The position numbers were made by a program, and so were the translations under genes. Shown in pieces: positions 37,634-47,364 of a DNA stretch of 56,242 nucleotides (its first letter is position 1; each line of letters opens with the position of its first letter). Origin of the DNA: Phycisphaeraceae bacterium (lineage in GTDB: Bacteria > Planctomycetota > Phycisphaerae > Phycisphaerales > Zrk34); NCBI GenBank assembly GCA_040905565.1, contig JBBDRF010000052.1:58979-115220 (forward strand), given 5' to 3'. The notes under the pieces were generated by a model. That model saw only the letters and a program-made list of their open reading frames with translations. It did not search any database and was not told where the DNA came from.

Positions 37634-37718
37634 CGCCGAAAAATTTTCTTCAAGGTCCGGCCGGGCCTTGGACCGATAAGTATTCGATAGGGCGGAGTCC
37701 CTTAGAAAGAAGGTCAGG

Positions 37719-38177
37719 ATGACCGCAAAGACGAAACCGGAATGGGCTGTCGATCTGATCGAACTGCTTGAAGAGCAGCGTGTTATCTACGATCAGTTGG
37801 TGGGCCTCAGTGAAAAGCAGTCGGGGTTTGTCGACAGCGGCGACGCCGAGTCTCTGCTGGCTGTGCTGGCGCAACGCCAGAAGCTGATCGATCATCTCAC
37901 GCAGATCAACGGGCGTATCGAGCCGTTCAAGCAGAATTGGCCCAAACTCTGGGCTGAGCTTGATGGTGACAGCCAGGCCCGTGTCCAGAATCTCATTGAC
38001 AAAGTGCAGGCCCTGCTCGACCGGATCGTGGAGCAGGACGAGCGCGACCGGGCTGCCTTGTCAGACCATCGTGACCGCATCGGCGCCCAGGTGAAGCAGG
38101 CCCATGCCGGGTCGGCTGTGAACCGCGCTTACGGTGCGTCCGCTGCCGATGCCCAGTACACCGACCAGCGGGGTTGA
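37719..38177 (+). CDS. flgN: Flagellar export chaperone, FlgN-like
   Basis: All-helical 152 aa, LIELLEEQ..YDQL pattern, C-terminal AY..TDQRG; flagellar context. Confidence 0.7.
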   Translation: MTAKTKPEWAVDLIELLEEQRVIYDQLVGLSEKQSGFVDSGDAESLLAVLAQRQKLIDHLTQINGRIEPFKQNWPKLWAELDGDSQARVQNLIDKVQALLDRIVEQDERDRAALSDHRDRIGAQVKQAHAGSAVNRAYGASAADAQYTDQRG

Positions 38178-38220
38178 TGTTGATTTTGCAGCCGTTTTCC
38201 GCCACGAAGCGGGGGCCGTG

Positions 38221-39144
38221 ATGTTTCCCTCCACATCCGATACCACTTCCGAATCCCAGGCCGAACCGAACGCTTCCCAGGGCGAAACGGTTGAGGGGGA
38301 GGCGCGCGCCGCCCAGCGGATCGATGAACTCGCCCAACTCGTCGAAGCGTACAACCAGGTCACGGTCAACCTGCAATCCAGCCACGAAACTCTGACCGCT
38401 GAAGTCAAGCGATTACAGACGCAGCTGGCCTCGGCGAACGCCGCCTTGCAGCGCAGCAAACGCCTCGCGGCCCTGGGTGAAATGGCGGCGGGAATCGCCC
38501 ACGAGGTGCGCAATCCGCTGGCCTCGATCCATCTTTATGCGGACATGTTGCGGAGCGATCTGGCCGATCGACCGGAGCAGCAGGACCTCGCCAGGCACAT
38601 CGCGACGGCCGTGCGAGGCCTTGACGCCATCGTCAGCGATGTGCTCAGCTTTTCGCGCGAAGTGCAGGTGCGTCCGGCGCAAGTCGTTGCTGATGAACTA
38701 TTTGAGCGCGCTTTGGATGCCGTTCGGCCCATGCTCGAAGCGCACCGCATTTCGGTGGTTATCCACGGTAAAGCGACTTTATTGCGGGTTGATCCGGAGC
38801 TGATGCAGCAGGCGTTGGTGAATCTTTTTCGCAATTCTGCGGATGCCATGCCGACCGGCGGGACGCTCACGCTCACGGCCGAGGCCGACGAGGCGGCGCA
38901 CCAGATCGTCGTCGCCGACACCGGACCGGGGATCGGCGACAAAGATGTCGACCGCATCTTCAATCCGTTTTTCACCACCCGCGCCACCGGCACCGGGCTC
39001 GGCCTCGCGATCGTGCATCGCATCGTCGACGCGCACGGCGGCTCGATCGCGGTCCGCAATGAAAGCCTGGCTGGCGGCGAAAGCGGCGGGGCGGCGTTCA
39101 CACTCTGCCTGCCCGCGCAAAGCACCGAAGGGGAGGACGCATGA
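38221..39144 (+). CDS. Cytoplasmic sensor histidine kinase (FlgS/FleS-like)
   Basis: AGIAHEVRNPL H-box; N, G1 (DTGPG), F and G2 (GTGLGL) boxes; no TM segment; start uncertain. Confidence 0.92.
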   Translation: MFPSTSDTTSESQAEPNASQGETVEGEARAAQRIDELAQLVEAYNQVTVNLQSSHETLTAEVKRLQTQLASANAALQRSKRLAALGEMAAGIAHEVRNPLASIHLYADMLRSDLADRPEQQDLARHIATAVRGLDAIVSDVLSFSREVQVRPAQVVADELFERALDAVRPMLEAHRISVVIHGKATLLRVDPELMQQALVNLFRNSADAMPTGGTLTLTAEADEAAHQIVVADTGPGIGDKDVDRIFNPFFTTRATGTGLGLAIVHRIVDAHGGSIAVRNESLAGGESGGAAFTLCLPAQSTEGEDA

Positions 39145-40520
39145 AAAAGGTTCTGGTCGTCGACGACAAACAGATGATGCGCGACAGCGTGGCGGCCACC
39201 CTCGCGCGGCGCTCCATGCAACCCATCGCTGCGGAGAACGGCGAGGCAGCGCTCAAGCTCATCGCACGCCATCGCCCCGCTGCGGTCATCACCGATCTGA
39301 AGATGCCCGAGATGGATGGGCTCGAACTGCTGACGCGGATCAAGCAGATCGATGCGGACTTGCCGGTGATTCTGATGACGGCGTTTGCCACGGTAGAAAC
39401 AGCGGTTTCCGCGCTCAAGCAGGGCGCATTCGACTACATCCAGAAGCCGTTCGAAGGCGATGCGCTGGTCGCGGCTGTGCAGCGGGCGATGCGGCATTAT
39501 GAACTGGTCAACGAGAACGCAGCACTCAAACAGAGCGGCGCCGACGCAAGGCCGACGCGTGAATTAGTCGGTAATTCGCCTGCCATGCGACAACTTGGGA
39601 GGCAGATCGAGCAGATCGCAGCAAGCCACGGCATGGTGCTGGTCAGCGGCGAAAGCGGCACGGGTAAGGAAATTGTCGCGAGTACGATCCACGCTTTGAG
39701 TCCTCGCCGTGACAAGGTGATGCTAGCTTTGAACTGTGCGGCTTTGAGTACGGGGCTGCTCGAAAGTGAGCTGTTCGGGCACGAGAAGGGGGCCTTCACC
39801 GGCGCGGACCAGATGCGCAAGGGGCGGTTTGAACTGGCGGACGGCGGCACGCTGCTGCTGGATGAGATCAGCGAGATCAGCCCGCAGGTGCAGGCGAAAC
39901 TGCTGCGTGTGCTTCAGGAACGGCAGTTTGAGAGGGTGGGTTCGAGCACCACGATGAACGTAGATGTTCGCGTCATTGCCACGACGAACCGCGATTTGCA
40001 AGCTTCGGTGCAGCGGGGCGAATTTCGGCAGGATCTTTACTTTCGGCTGAACGTGCTGCCGGTGCATCTGCCTGCTTTGCGTGAGCGGAAGCAGGATATT
40101 CCGCTTCTGACGGAGCACTTTCTGGCGCGGCAGGCGATGCGTGACGGTCGGGAGGTTAAGCGATTCAGCGCCGCGGCGATGGGGCTGTTGAAGGCCTATG
40201 ACTGGCCGGGCAATGTGCGTGAGCTTGAGAACATTTGCGAGCGGGCAGCGGTGCTGACGCCGGGCGACACGATCGCCGACGCGACGATTCAGCCCTGGCT
40301 GAGCAGCGTGGCGGTGCAGCGGCCGGGGCAGACGGATGATCTGGCGATCACGACCGAGGCGAGCCTGGAGGATGTGGAACGGCAGGTAATTCTGCGGACG
40401 CTCGATCGGTTCAATGGGCATCGTCAGCGGACGGCGGAATCGCTGGGCATCGGCGTGCGGACGCTGGGCATGAAGCTGAAGAAGTGGAAGGAGGATCAGC
40501 TTGTTGCTCAGACTGTTTAA
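39141..40520 (+). CDS. Sigma54-dependent response regulator (NtrC/FlgR/FleR-like)
   Basis: REC domain (VVDD, DLKMP), GESGTGKE, GAFTGA, WPGNVREL and a C-terminal Fis-type HTH. Confidence 0.96.
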   Translation: MKKVLVVDDKQMMRDSVAATLARRSMQPIAAENGEAALKLIARHRPAAVITDLKMPEMDGLELLTRIKQIDADLPVILMTAFATVETAVSALKQGAFDYIQKPFEGDALVAAVQRAMRHYELVNENAALKQSGADARPTRELVGNSPAMRQLGRQIEQIAASHGMVLVSGESGTGKEIVASTIHALSPRRDKVMLALNCAALSTGLLESELFGHEKGAFTGADQMRKGRFELADGGTLLLDEISEISPQVQAKLLRVLQERQFERVGSSTTMNVDVRVIATTNRDLQASVQRGEFRQDLYFRLNVLPVHLPALRERKQDIPLLTEHFLARQAMRDGREVKRFSAAAMGLLKAYDWPGNVRELENICERAAVLTPGDTIADATIQPWLSSVAVQRPGQTDDLAITTEASLEDVERQVILRTLDRFNGHRQRTAESLGIGVRTLGMKLKKWKEDQLVAQTV

Positions 40521-40538
40521 CGAATGGCTGATGACTTC

Positions 40539-40575
40539 GCGCAGAATCTGCGCCTTCGGGGCGCAAAATCGGCCG
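40539..40575. promoter_or_regulatory. Putative upstream activator sites for the sigma54 activator
   Basis: Palindrome GCGCAGAATCTGCGC and a related GCGCAAAATCGGCCG 22 bp downstream. Confidence 0.5.
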
Positions 40576-40637
40576 ATCGGGGAGCGGGGCGCGGGGGGCG
40601 CGTTCGAAAGCTGCGGGGGAATTGCAGATGTTCGAAG

Positions 40638-40653
40638 CGGCACAGGGGTTGCT
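40638..40653 (+). promoter_or_regulatory. Sigma54 -24/-12 promoter of flgB
   Basis: CGGCAC-AGGGG-TTGCT (GG-N10-GC). Confidence 0.85.
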
Positions 40654-40682
40654 TTTGATCTTCGCGACCACAGGAGCGCATC

Positions 40683-41117
40683 GTGATTACAGGCATGACC
40701 GATACCGGCTCGATGCAGGTGCTGGAGCGGCTGGTGCAGTTCACCGGTGAGCGGCATAAGCATCTGGCGAACAATGTGGCGAACCTTTCGACGCCGGGCT
40801 ACAAGCCTCGCGATCTTTCGGTGGATTCATTTCAGGAGGCGATGCAGGCGGCGGTGGAGCGACGGCGTCAGAACACGGGCGGGCTGGGCCGGGAACTTGA
40901 TCCGAGAGATACGCGCGAGATCAAGTTTGAGAGCAACGGCATTCGCGCCCAGCCGCACGCTTTGAGCGACAACATCTTGTTTCACGATCAAAACAACCGC
41001 TCACTTGAGCACACGATGAAGGACATGGCGGAGAACGCGATGACGCACAACGCGGCGCTGGAGATGCTCAAGAGCGCCTATACAGGCATTGAGACCGCGA
41101 TTCGTGAACGCGTTTAA
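40683..41117 (+). CDS. flgB: Flagellar basal-body rod protein
   Basis: LANNVANLSTPGYKPRD; HDQNN motif. Confidence 0.93.
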   Translation: MITGMTDTGSMQVLERLVQFTGERHKHLANNVANLSTPGYKPRDLSVDSFQEAMQAAVERRRQNTGGLGRELDPRDTREIKFESNGIRAQPHALSDNILFHDQNNRSLEHTMKDMAENAMTHNAALEMLKSAYTGIETAIRERV

Positions 41118-41154
41118 CTTCATTTCGCATGTTCCTGCACGGAGCTAGCTGACT

Positions 41155-41559
41155 ATGTTTGGCTCATTGGATATTTCGACATCGGCGTTGGTGGCGCAGC
41201 GGACACGGCTGGACATTATCTCCGGCAACCTGGCGCATCAGCACACGACGCACGACGCGGACGGCAACTATGCGCCGTATCAAAGGCGTGTGCCGATTTT
41301 CTCGTCTGGCGACCCGGCGACGGGGAATGCGGAGGGGGTGCATGTGCGCGAGATCGAACTTGATCCTTCGCCGCCGAGGCTGGTGCATGAGCCGAACCAT
41401 CCGGATGCGGATGAGGATGGTTATGTGGGTTATCCGAACATTGACCCGGCGATCGAGATGATCAACGCGCTTGAGGCTAGCCGGGCGTACGAGGCGAATA
41501 TCACGGCGACGGAAACGACCAAGAGCATGATCAATTCTGCGTTGAGGCTGCTGGCATGA
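41155..41559 (+). CDS. flgC: Flagellar basal-body rod protein
   Basis: SALVAQRTRLDIISGNLA, HPDA..GYVGYPNI and ASRAYEAN motifs. Confidence 0.96.
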   Translation: MFGSLDISTSALVAQRTRLDIISGNLAHQHTTHDADGNYAPYQRRVPIFSSGDPATGNAEGVHVREIELDPSPPRLVHEPNHPDADEDGYVGYPNIDPAIEMINALEASRAYEANITATETTKSMINSALRLLA

Positions 41560-41885
41560 GCGATCCGCTTGGACTTATCGGGACGCAGGGCGCGAGCAAC
41601 CTTCACCAGATGAAGCAGGCTGGGGGGCTTCAGGGCGGGGTGCAGGGTGGGCAGCAGGCGGGGGGGGCGGACTTCAAAGACGTGCTGATGGAAAATATTA
41701 AGGAAGTCAATCGCTTGCAGCAGGATGCGGAGCAGGCGATCGAGGAACTTGCCACCGGCGGGCGCGACGACGTGGCGAATGTCATGGTCGCGAAGCAGAA
41801 GGCGGATCTGGCCTTCAAGATGCTGCTGCAGGTGCGCAACAAGATGATGGACGCCTACCAGGAAGTTAAGAACCTGCGCGTCTGA
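41556..41885 (+). CDS. fliE: Flagellar hook-basal body protein
   Basis: KADLAFKMLLQVRNKMMDAYQEV. Confidence 0.95.
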   Translation: MSDPLGLIGTQGASNLHQMKQAGGLQGGVQGGQQAGGADFKDVLMENIKEVNRLQQDAEQAIEELATGGRDDVANVMVAKQKADLAFKMLLQVRNKMMDAYQEVKNLRV

Positions 41886-41901
41886 TGGCGCGCGACTTGC
41901 T
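41886..41901 (+). promoter_or_regulatory. Sigma54 -24/-12 promoter of fliF
   Basis: TGGCGC-GCGAC-TTGCT (GG-N10-GC). Confidence 0.75.
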
Positions 41902-41953
41902 AGGTAAAAGACGGGATCACAATAGGCCGATTTAAGGCAGGGAGGCCGAGGCC

Positions 41954-43591
41954 ATGGAATTCGCCAGACGTTGGCTGGCACAGATTCAGGCGCAGTTGAG
42001 TGACTTGTCGGTCAGCGCGAAGATGCTGATCGGCACGCTTGCTTTTATGCTGCCCCTGCTGCTGTGGGTGGTGGTGCAATACGCGATGACGCCTCAGATG
42101 GTGGCGCTGCTGGATCAACCGATCGAAGCGCAGGCGCGATATCAGATCACGGCGGCGCTCGATGACCGCGGTATTGCGTACCGCACGATGGGCGACCGCG
42201 TGCTGGTGCCTCGTGGTGAACACGCGAATCTGCTTGCGGAACTTCAGATGCTTCAGGTTTTGCCTGAGGATACGACGCGTGGTTTTGATGCGCTGGTGGA
42301 ACGGCAGACCTGGTGGCAGTCGTCGGAACAGAATCGGCAGATGATGATGATCACCAAGCAGAACGTGCTTTCGAACGTGGTGCGGGCGTATCCGTCGGTG
42401 CATGACGCGACGGTGATTATTTCGATGCCACGCGAGCAGGGGTTCGGCAGAACGCATCGTGAACCGACGGCGAGCGTGAACGTGATGCTCAGCGGCGGCC
42501 AGCGGCTGGATCAGCGTAAGGTTGATGCGATTGCGGGGCTGGTGGCGGGTGCGGTGGCGGAGCTTAAGCCTGAGAACGTGACGGTGATTGACGCCGCGGC
42601 GGGCCAGCAGTGGACCATCCGCAAGGAAGGCGAGGTAATTCCCGGCGATTACCTGGAGCTGCTGCATGCGCAGGAGGGGTACTATCGCAACAAGCTTGCG
42701 GAGACGCTTCGGTACATTCCCGAGGTGATCGTGGCGGTGAATGTGAACGTGGATGTGACGCGGAAGGAGACGGACCAGACGCGTTACGATCAGGATAGCA
42801 GCCTTGAACTGCTGACGATGGAGCGGCGTGAGACGACGCGCAGCGAGTCGGCGGATACCGGTGCCGAGCCGGGCGTTCGGGCGAACGCGGGGGCTGATAT
42901 TGCGGGCGGCGGGGGCGGGGGAACGCTGTCGACAACGGAGACGACCGAGTCGGGCTTCTCGCCGTTTGCGGGGCGGACGCACGAGGTATCGGCGACGCCG
43001 GGTGGGATTCCCACGCGGATCAGTGCGACGATCAACGTGCCGCGAAGTTTCTTTGTTGATCTGTACATGCAGGACCAGGAAGAGGACGCGCCGCTGCCGA
43101 CGGATGAGGTGCTTGAGGCATTGATTGCCGAGCATACGGATCGGATTCGTCGTCAGGTTGAGCCCCTGGTGCTGGCGCAGGATGCCGGCGAGGTGGTGGT
43201 GGATGTTTACCCCGATGCGCGGCCGCGGATGGAGATGGATGCGGCGCAGGCGGGGGCCGGTGGGTTGCTTGCTGATGGTTACGCCAAGCCGATCGGGCTT
43301 GGGGCGCTGGCGTTAGTTTCGCTGAGCATGATGTTGCTGATGGTGCGTAAGGCGTCGCAGAAGCCGCCGACGCCGAGCATTCAGGAGCTTGCCGGCGTGC
43401 CGCCGCGTATCGAGACGGAGATCGACATGGTGGGCGAAGTGGATGAGAGCGACTCGGTGCTCGACGGGATGGAGCTGGACGACGACACGCTTCGGCAGCG
43501 GAAGATCTCCGAGCAGGTAAGCGAGATGATCAAGGCGAATCCGTCGGACGTGGCCCGGATTATGAACCGTTGGGCGAAGGCAGACGGCTGA
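41954..43591 (+). CDS. fliF: Flagellar MS-ring protein
   Basis: Two TM segments; PTASV, LVAGAVAELKPENVTVID, EPGVRAN and C-terminal NPSDVARIMNRW. Confidence 0.92.
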   Translation: MEFARRWLAQIQAQLSDLSVSAKMLIGTLAFMLPLLLWVVVQYAMTPQMVALLDQPIEAQARYQITAALDDRGIAYRTMGDRVLVPRGEHANLLAELQMLQVLPEDTTRGFDALVERQTWWQSSEQNRQMMMITKQNVLSNVVRAYPSVHDATVIISMPREQGFGRTHREPTASVNVMLSGGQRLDQRKVDAIAGLVAGAVAELKPENVTVIDAAAGQQWTIRKEGEVIPGDYLELLHAQEGYYRNKLAETLRYIPEVIVAVNVNVDVTRKETDQTRYDQDSSLELLTMERRETTRSESADTGAEPGVRANAGADIAGGGGGGTLSTTETTESGFSPFAGRTHEVSATPGGIPTRISATINVPRSFFVDLYMQDQEEDAPLPTDEVLEALIAEHTDRIRRQVEPLVLAQDAGEVVVDVYPDARPRMEMDAAQAGAGGLLADGYAKPIGLGALALVSLSMMLLMVRKASQKPPTPSIQELAGVPPRIETEIDMVGEVDESDSVLDGMELDDDTLRQRKISEQVSEMIKANPSDVARIMNRWAKADG

Positions 43592-43618
43592 GCGACATTT
43601 TTGAGAAGCACGTAAGCG

Positions 43619-44653
43619 ATGGCGAAAATCGGCAGCAAAATAGAGAGCATCGAAGAGCTGTCCGGCCAGCAGAAGGCCGCGGTGCTGTTGCTTGCGCTTG
43701 AGCAGGATGCAGCGGCGCTGGTGCTCAAGGAACTCAGCGAGGAGGGCGTTGAGGAGATCACGCGGGAGCTTGCGTCGCTGGGCAGTGTGGCGACAAGCGT
43801 ACGCGTGGCCGTGGTGGATGAGTTTTATCACCTGGTGCTAGGCCAATCGTGGGCGGCGGAGGGGGGGCTTGATTACGCAGCGACGCTGCTGCGGGGGGCG
43901 CTGGATCCGAAGCTGGCGGAGAAGGTGCTGGGGCAGATTTCCACGCAGGTTCAGCAGACGCCGTTCGCGTTTTTACAGAAGGCCGAGAGCGAGAACCTGC
44001 TGACGTTTATCCAGGATGAGCACCCGCAGACGATCTCGCTGATCCTTTCGCACCTGGCGCATCACAAAGCTGCGGAGATTCTGGCGGGGCTGCCGGCGCA
44101 GAAGCAGATCGAAGTGGTCAAGCGCGTGGCGAACATGGAGCAGACGAACCCCGAAGTTATCCGTGAAGTGGAGAAGGGGCTGGAGGCGAGGCTTTCGAAC
44201 ATGCTCGGGCAATCGTTCGAGAAGGCGGGCGGTGTGGACAGCGTCGCGGAGATGCTCAACCTCGTCGATCGCACGACGGAGAAGGGGATCATGGAGGGGC
44301 TGGAATCGGAAGACCCGGATCTTGTCGAGCAGATTCGCCGGCTGATGTTCGTCTTCGAGGACATCCTGATGGTCGACGACAAGGGCATTCAATCGGTGCT
44401 CAAGGAGGTCGACAACGAGGAGATGGCGCTCGCGCTCAAGACGGCCAGCGAAGAGCTCAAGGAGAAGGTCTTCAAGAATATGTCCGAGCGGGCGGCACAG
44501 CTGATCAAGGAAGACATGGAGTACATGGGGCCGGTGCGGGTGAGCGATGTGGAGTCGGCGCAGCAGCGGGTGGTGGACATTGTGCGAAGGCTGGAGGACG
44601 CTGGCGAGATTGTCATCAGCGGCCGCGGCGGCGACAAGGAGATGATCGTTTGA
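43619..44653 (+). CDS. fliG: Flagellar motor switch protein
   Basis: QKAAVLLL, GGLDY, EHPQTI, MFVFED and NMSERA motifs. Confidence 0.98.
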   Translation: MAKIGSKIESIEELSGQQKAAVLLLALEQDAAALVLKELSEEGVEEITRELASLGSVATSVRVAVVDEFYHLVLGQSWAAEGGLDYAATLLRGALDPKLAEKVLGQISTQVQQTPFAFLQKAESENLLTFIQDEHPQTISLILSHLAHHKAAEILAGLPAQKQIEVVKRVANMEQTNPEVIREVEKGLEARLSNMLGQSFEKAGGVDSVAEMLNLVDRTTEKGIMEGLESEDPDLVEQIRRLMFVFEDILMVDDKGIQSVLKEVDNEEMALALKTASEELKEKVFKNMSERAAQLIKEDMEYMGPVRVSDVESAQQRVVDIVRRLEDAGEIVISGRGGDKEMIV

Positions 44654-44705
44654 TGCGGGTTTTGCAGCATAATTCGATCGCTGCGATGAAGGCGGAGGCG
44701 ACGCC

Positions 44706-45530
44706 ATGGCGATGATCCGCAATCAACAGGCGGCGCGGATGGCGGAGGACGCGATCGTGCTGGACCTCGGCGACCTGCGTCGGCAGGCGGAGCAGATGAA
44801 AGCGCGCGCCAAGGCCGAGGCCGACCAGATCATCGCGCATGCTCACGACGAGGCGAAGCGGCTCACCGAGGGGGCCGAGGCGATTGGGCAAAAGGCGGGG
44901 CACGCGGCGGGGTATGCCGAGGGGTTGGAAGCGGGGCGCGTGGCGGGGCATGCCGAGGCGCTTGAAACTTCCCGGCAGTCGCTTGAAAAACTGCAGGAAG
45001 CCTGGGTGAACGCGGCGAGGCAGTGGGACGATGACCGCCGGCAGATGGTGCTGGAAGCCAGGCAGTCGGTGCTTGAACTGGCGGTGCGGATGGCGGAGAA
45101 GATCGTGCATCGCGTGCCGCACGTTGAGCCTTCGGTGGTGCAGGATCAGGTGGAGCAGGCGATCAGTCATGTGACGGGACCTTGCGATGTTAGCATCAGG
45201 ATTCACCCTGCGGATCGCGATCTGGTGGAGGAGGCGCTGGGGCCGGTGACGCAGCAGTTGTCGCAGGTGCGGCATGCGTCGCTGATCGAAGACGAAGCAG
45301 TCGGGCGCGGCGGATGCGTCGTCAGTCACGGCACGGGGCGAATCGATGCAACGCTTGAAACGCAGTTGACTCGGCTGGTCACCACGCTGCTGCCTGAAGC
45401 GACGGTCGTCGCGGAAGACGAACAACTCGGGGCGGTCGTTGACCCGGCGGAGCATGCGGAGCGGGCGGACGAAGCTGCGGACGAAGCAGATGGCGCGGAC
45501 GATGCGGACGGGAAGGGGGAATCGTCATGA
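44706..45530 (+). CDS. fliH: Flagellar assembly protein
   Basis: GxxxG repeats; IHPAD and GGCVV..GRIDA motifs. Confidence 0.92.
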   Translation: MAMIRNQQAARMAEDAIVLDLGDLRRQAEQMKARAKAEADQIIAHAHDEAKRLTEGAEAIGQKAGHAAGYAEGLEAGRVAGHAEALETSRQSLEKLQEAWVNAARQWDDDRRQMVLEARQSVLELAVRMAEKIVHRVPHVEPSVVQDQVEQAISHVTGPCDVSIRIHPADRDLVEEALGPVTQQLSQVRHASLIEDEAVGRGGCVVSHGTGRIDATLETQLTRLVTTLLPEATVVAEDEQLGAVVDPAEHAERADEAADEADGADDADGKGESS

Positions 45531-46906
45531 CCCTTTTCGCAGACGCCTTTCAGACCGTCGAACAATTGCAGACGCTCGAGCTTCGCGGCACGGTTTCGCA
45601 GGTGCAGGGGCTGACGCTTCGCGTGGCCGACCTTGCGGTGCCGGTCGGGGCGATGGTCGAGGTCGGCGGGCACGCGCCCTCACGCGGCCGCGGCAGTAAG
45701 CACGGCAAAGCGGGCGTGCCGGGGCAGGTGGTGGGCTTCGATCGTGACATGGCGCTGGTGATGTTGCTCGGCGACACGCTGGGCATTCGCCGGGGCGATC
45801 GGGTGGTGGTCACGCATGAAACGCCCGTCGCACGCGTCGGCCATGAACTGCTCGGCCGGGTGATCGATGCGATGGGCCGACCGATCGACGGCCTCGGCCC
45901 GATTCGCGAACCCTCAGCACGACCGCTCACGCCGCCGCCCGTCGATCCAATGCACCGCGTGCCGATCGACCAACCGCTGGGCACCGGCGTTCGCGCGATC
46001 GATGCGATGCTGACCGTCGGACGCGGGCAGAGGCTTGGCATCTTTTCAGGACCAGGCGTCGGCAAAAGTACATTGCTGGGCATGATGGCAAGGCAGACGG
46101 CGGCCGATGTTTCGGTCGTGGCGATGATCGGCGAGCGCGGCCGCGAGGTGCGCGACTTTGTCGAAAAGGCGCTCGGGCCCGAAGGGCTGGCGCGTAGTGT
46201 TGTCGTCGTCGCCACGGCGGATGAGCCGGCGCTGATGCGCATTCGAGCGGCACACATGGCGACGTCCGTGGCGGAGTTTTACCGCGATGCCGGGGCCGAC
46301 GTGGTGCTGTTGATGGATTCGGTGACGCGCTTCGCACAGGCCCAAAGGCAGGTCGGCCTCGCAGCCGGTGAACCGCCCGCGACGAAGGGCTACACGCCCA
46401 GCGTGTTCGCCGCAATGCCCACGCTGCTCGAACGATCGGGCCGTACACAGCAAGGCTCGGTCACCGGCTTCTACACCATCCTCGTCGAAGGCGACGACAT
46501 GGATGAGCCGATCTCCGACACGGCCCGAGGCATCCTCGATGGGCACGTGGTGCTCAACCGCGAACTCGGCACGAAGGGGCATTGGCCCGCGATTGATGTC
46601 TTGCAATCGATCAGCCGCGTGGCGACGGACATCATTGAGCCGGACCACGAGGCCGCCCGCACGCAGACGTCGCGGATGATCAACAGTTACCTGGAAGTGG
46701 AAGAGCTTCTGAACATCGGGGCGTATGCGCGGGGCTCGAATCCGGAATTTGATGTGGCCATCGAGGCGAAGCCGTTGATCGATCGGCTGCTTCAGCAGGC
46801 GCCGGGTGAGCGTGTCAGTTTCGAACAGTCCAAGCAGATGCTGATGGCCGTGGCGCAGCAACTTGTTCAGCTGACCAGCAAGGCGCGGGCTGGGGGAGTT
46901 AGCTGA
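45527..46906 (+). CDS. fliI: Flagellar export ATPase
   Basis: GPGVGKS, GERGREV, DSVTRF, GEPP and LDGH motifs. Confidence 0.97.
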   Translation: MTLFADAFQTVEQLQTLELRGTVSQVQGLTLRVADLAVPVGAMVEVGGHAPSRGRGSKHGKAGVPGQVVGFDRDMALVMLLGDTLGIRRGDRVVVTHETPVARVGHELLGRVIDAMGRPIDGLGPIREPSARPLTPPPVDPMHRVPIDQPLGTGVRAIDAMLTVGRGQRLGIFSGPGVGKSTLLGMMARQTAADVSVVAMIGERGREVRDFVEKALGPEGLARSVVVVATADEPALMRIRAAHMATSVAEFYRDAGADVVLLMDSVTRFAQAQRQVGLAAGEPPATKGYTPSVFAAMPTLLERSGRTQQGSVTGFYTILVEGDDMDEPISDTARGILDGHVVLNRELGTKGHWPAIDVLQSISRVATDIIEPDHEAARTQTSRMINSYLEVEELLNIGAYARGSNPEFDVAIEAKPLIDRLLQQAPGERVSFEQSKQMLMAVAQQLVQLTSKARAGGVS

Positions 46907-47364
46907 TGGCGCGGTTTACTTTCAAACTGGAGCCGGTGCTGAGTCAGCGTCGGCGCGTAGAGGATGAGCATCGGCGGGTGCTGGCGCGGCTGCTGAGTCG
47001 GCGCATGCAAATGCACCATCAACTGCGTGAAATGCAGGAGAGTTTGAGCGGCGATAAGCAGGCGATGGCGCAGTCGCTGGTGGGGCAGGTTGATGTGGGG
47101 CGCATCCGCGGCCATGCCGCTCACAATGCACAGATCGTGCAGCGGGCGCGCGGCATCGTGACGCATCTTGCGGATCTTGAAGACCAGATCGCCGAAGCAC
47201 GGGCGGCCCTGATCCAGGCGTCGCAGCAGCGTAAGGCGATCGAGCTGTTGCGGGATCGGCAGCATCGCCGGTGGAAGAAGAAGCTTGATCAGCGTGAGGC
47301 GGCGGCGATGGATGAAATGGCGACGCAACGCTTCGGCCGCGGCACCGGGGAGGCCTTCTCATGA
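46906..47364 (+). CDS. fliJ: Flagellar export protein
   Basis: FTFKLEPVL N-terminus, coiled coil, C-terminal MDE; position after fliI. Confidence 0.88.
   Translation: MARFTFKLEPVLSQRRRVEDEHRRVLARLLSRRMQMHHQLREMQESLSGDKQAMAQSLVGQVDVGRIRGHAAHNAQIVQRARGIVTHLADLEDQIAEARAALIQASQQRKAIELLRDRQHRRWKKKLDQREAAAMDEMATQRFGRGTGEAFS

Noticed and set aside
37650..37679. Sigma28 promoter before flgN (TCAAG...ACCGATAA)
   Set aside because: Spacing is about 3 nt longer than the TAAA-N15-GCCGATAA consensus; possible but not supportable
38759..38767. DnaA box-like TTATCCACG near the skew switch
   Set aside because: Single mismatched copy inside a coding region; no cluster
45668..45721. Palindromic insertion in fliI (GGHAPSRGRGSKHGKAG)
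   Set aside because: Weak pairing and no second copy in the window
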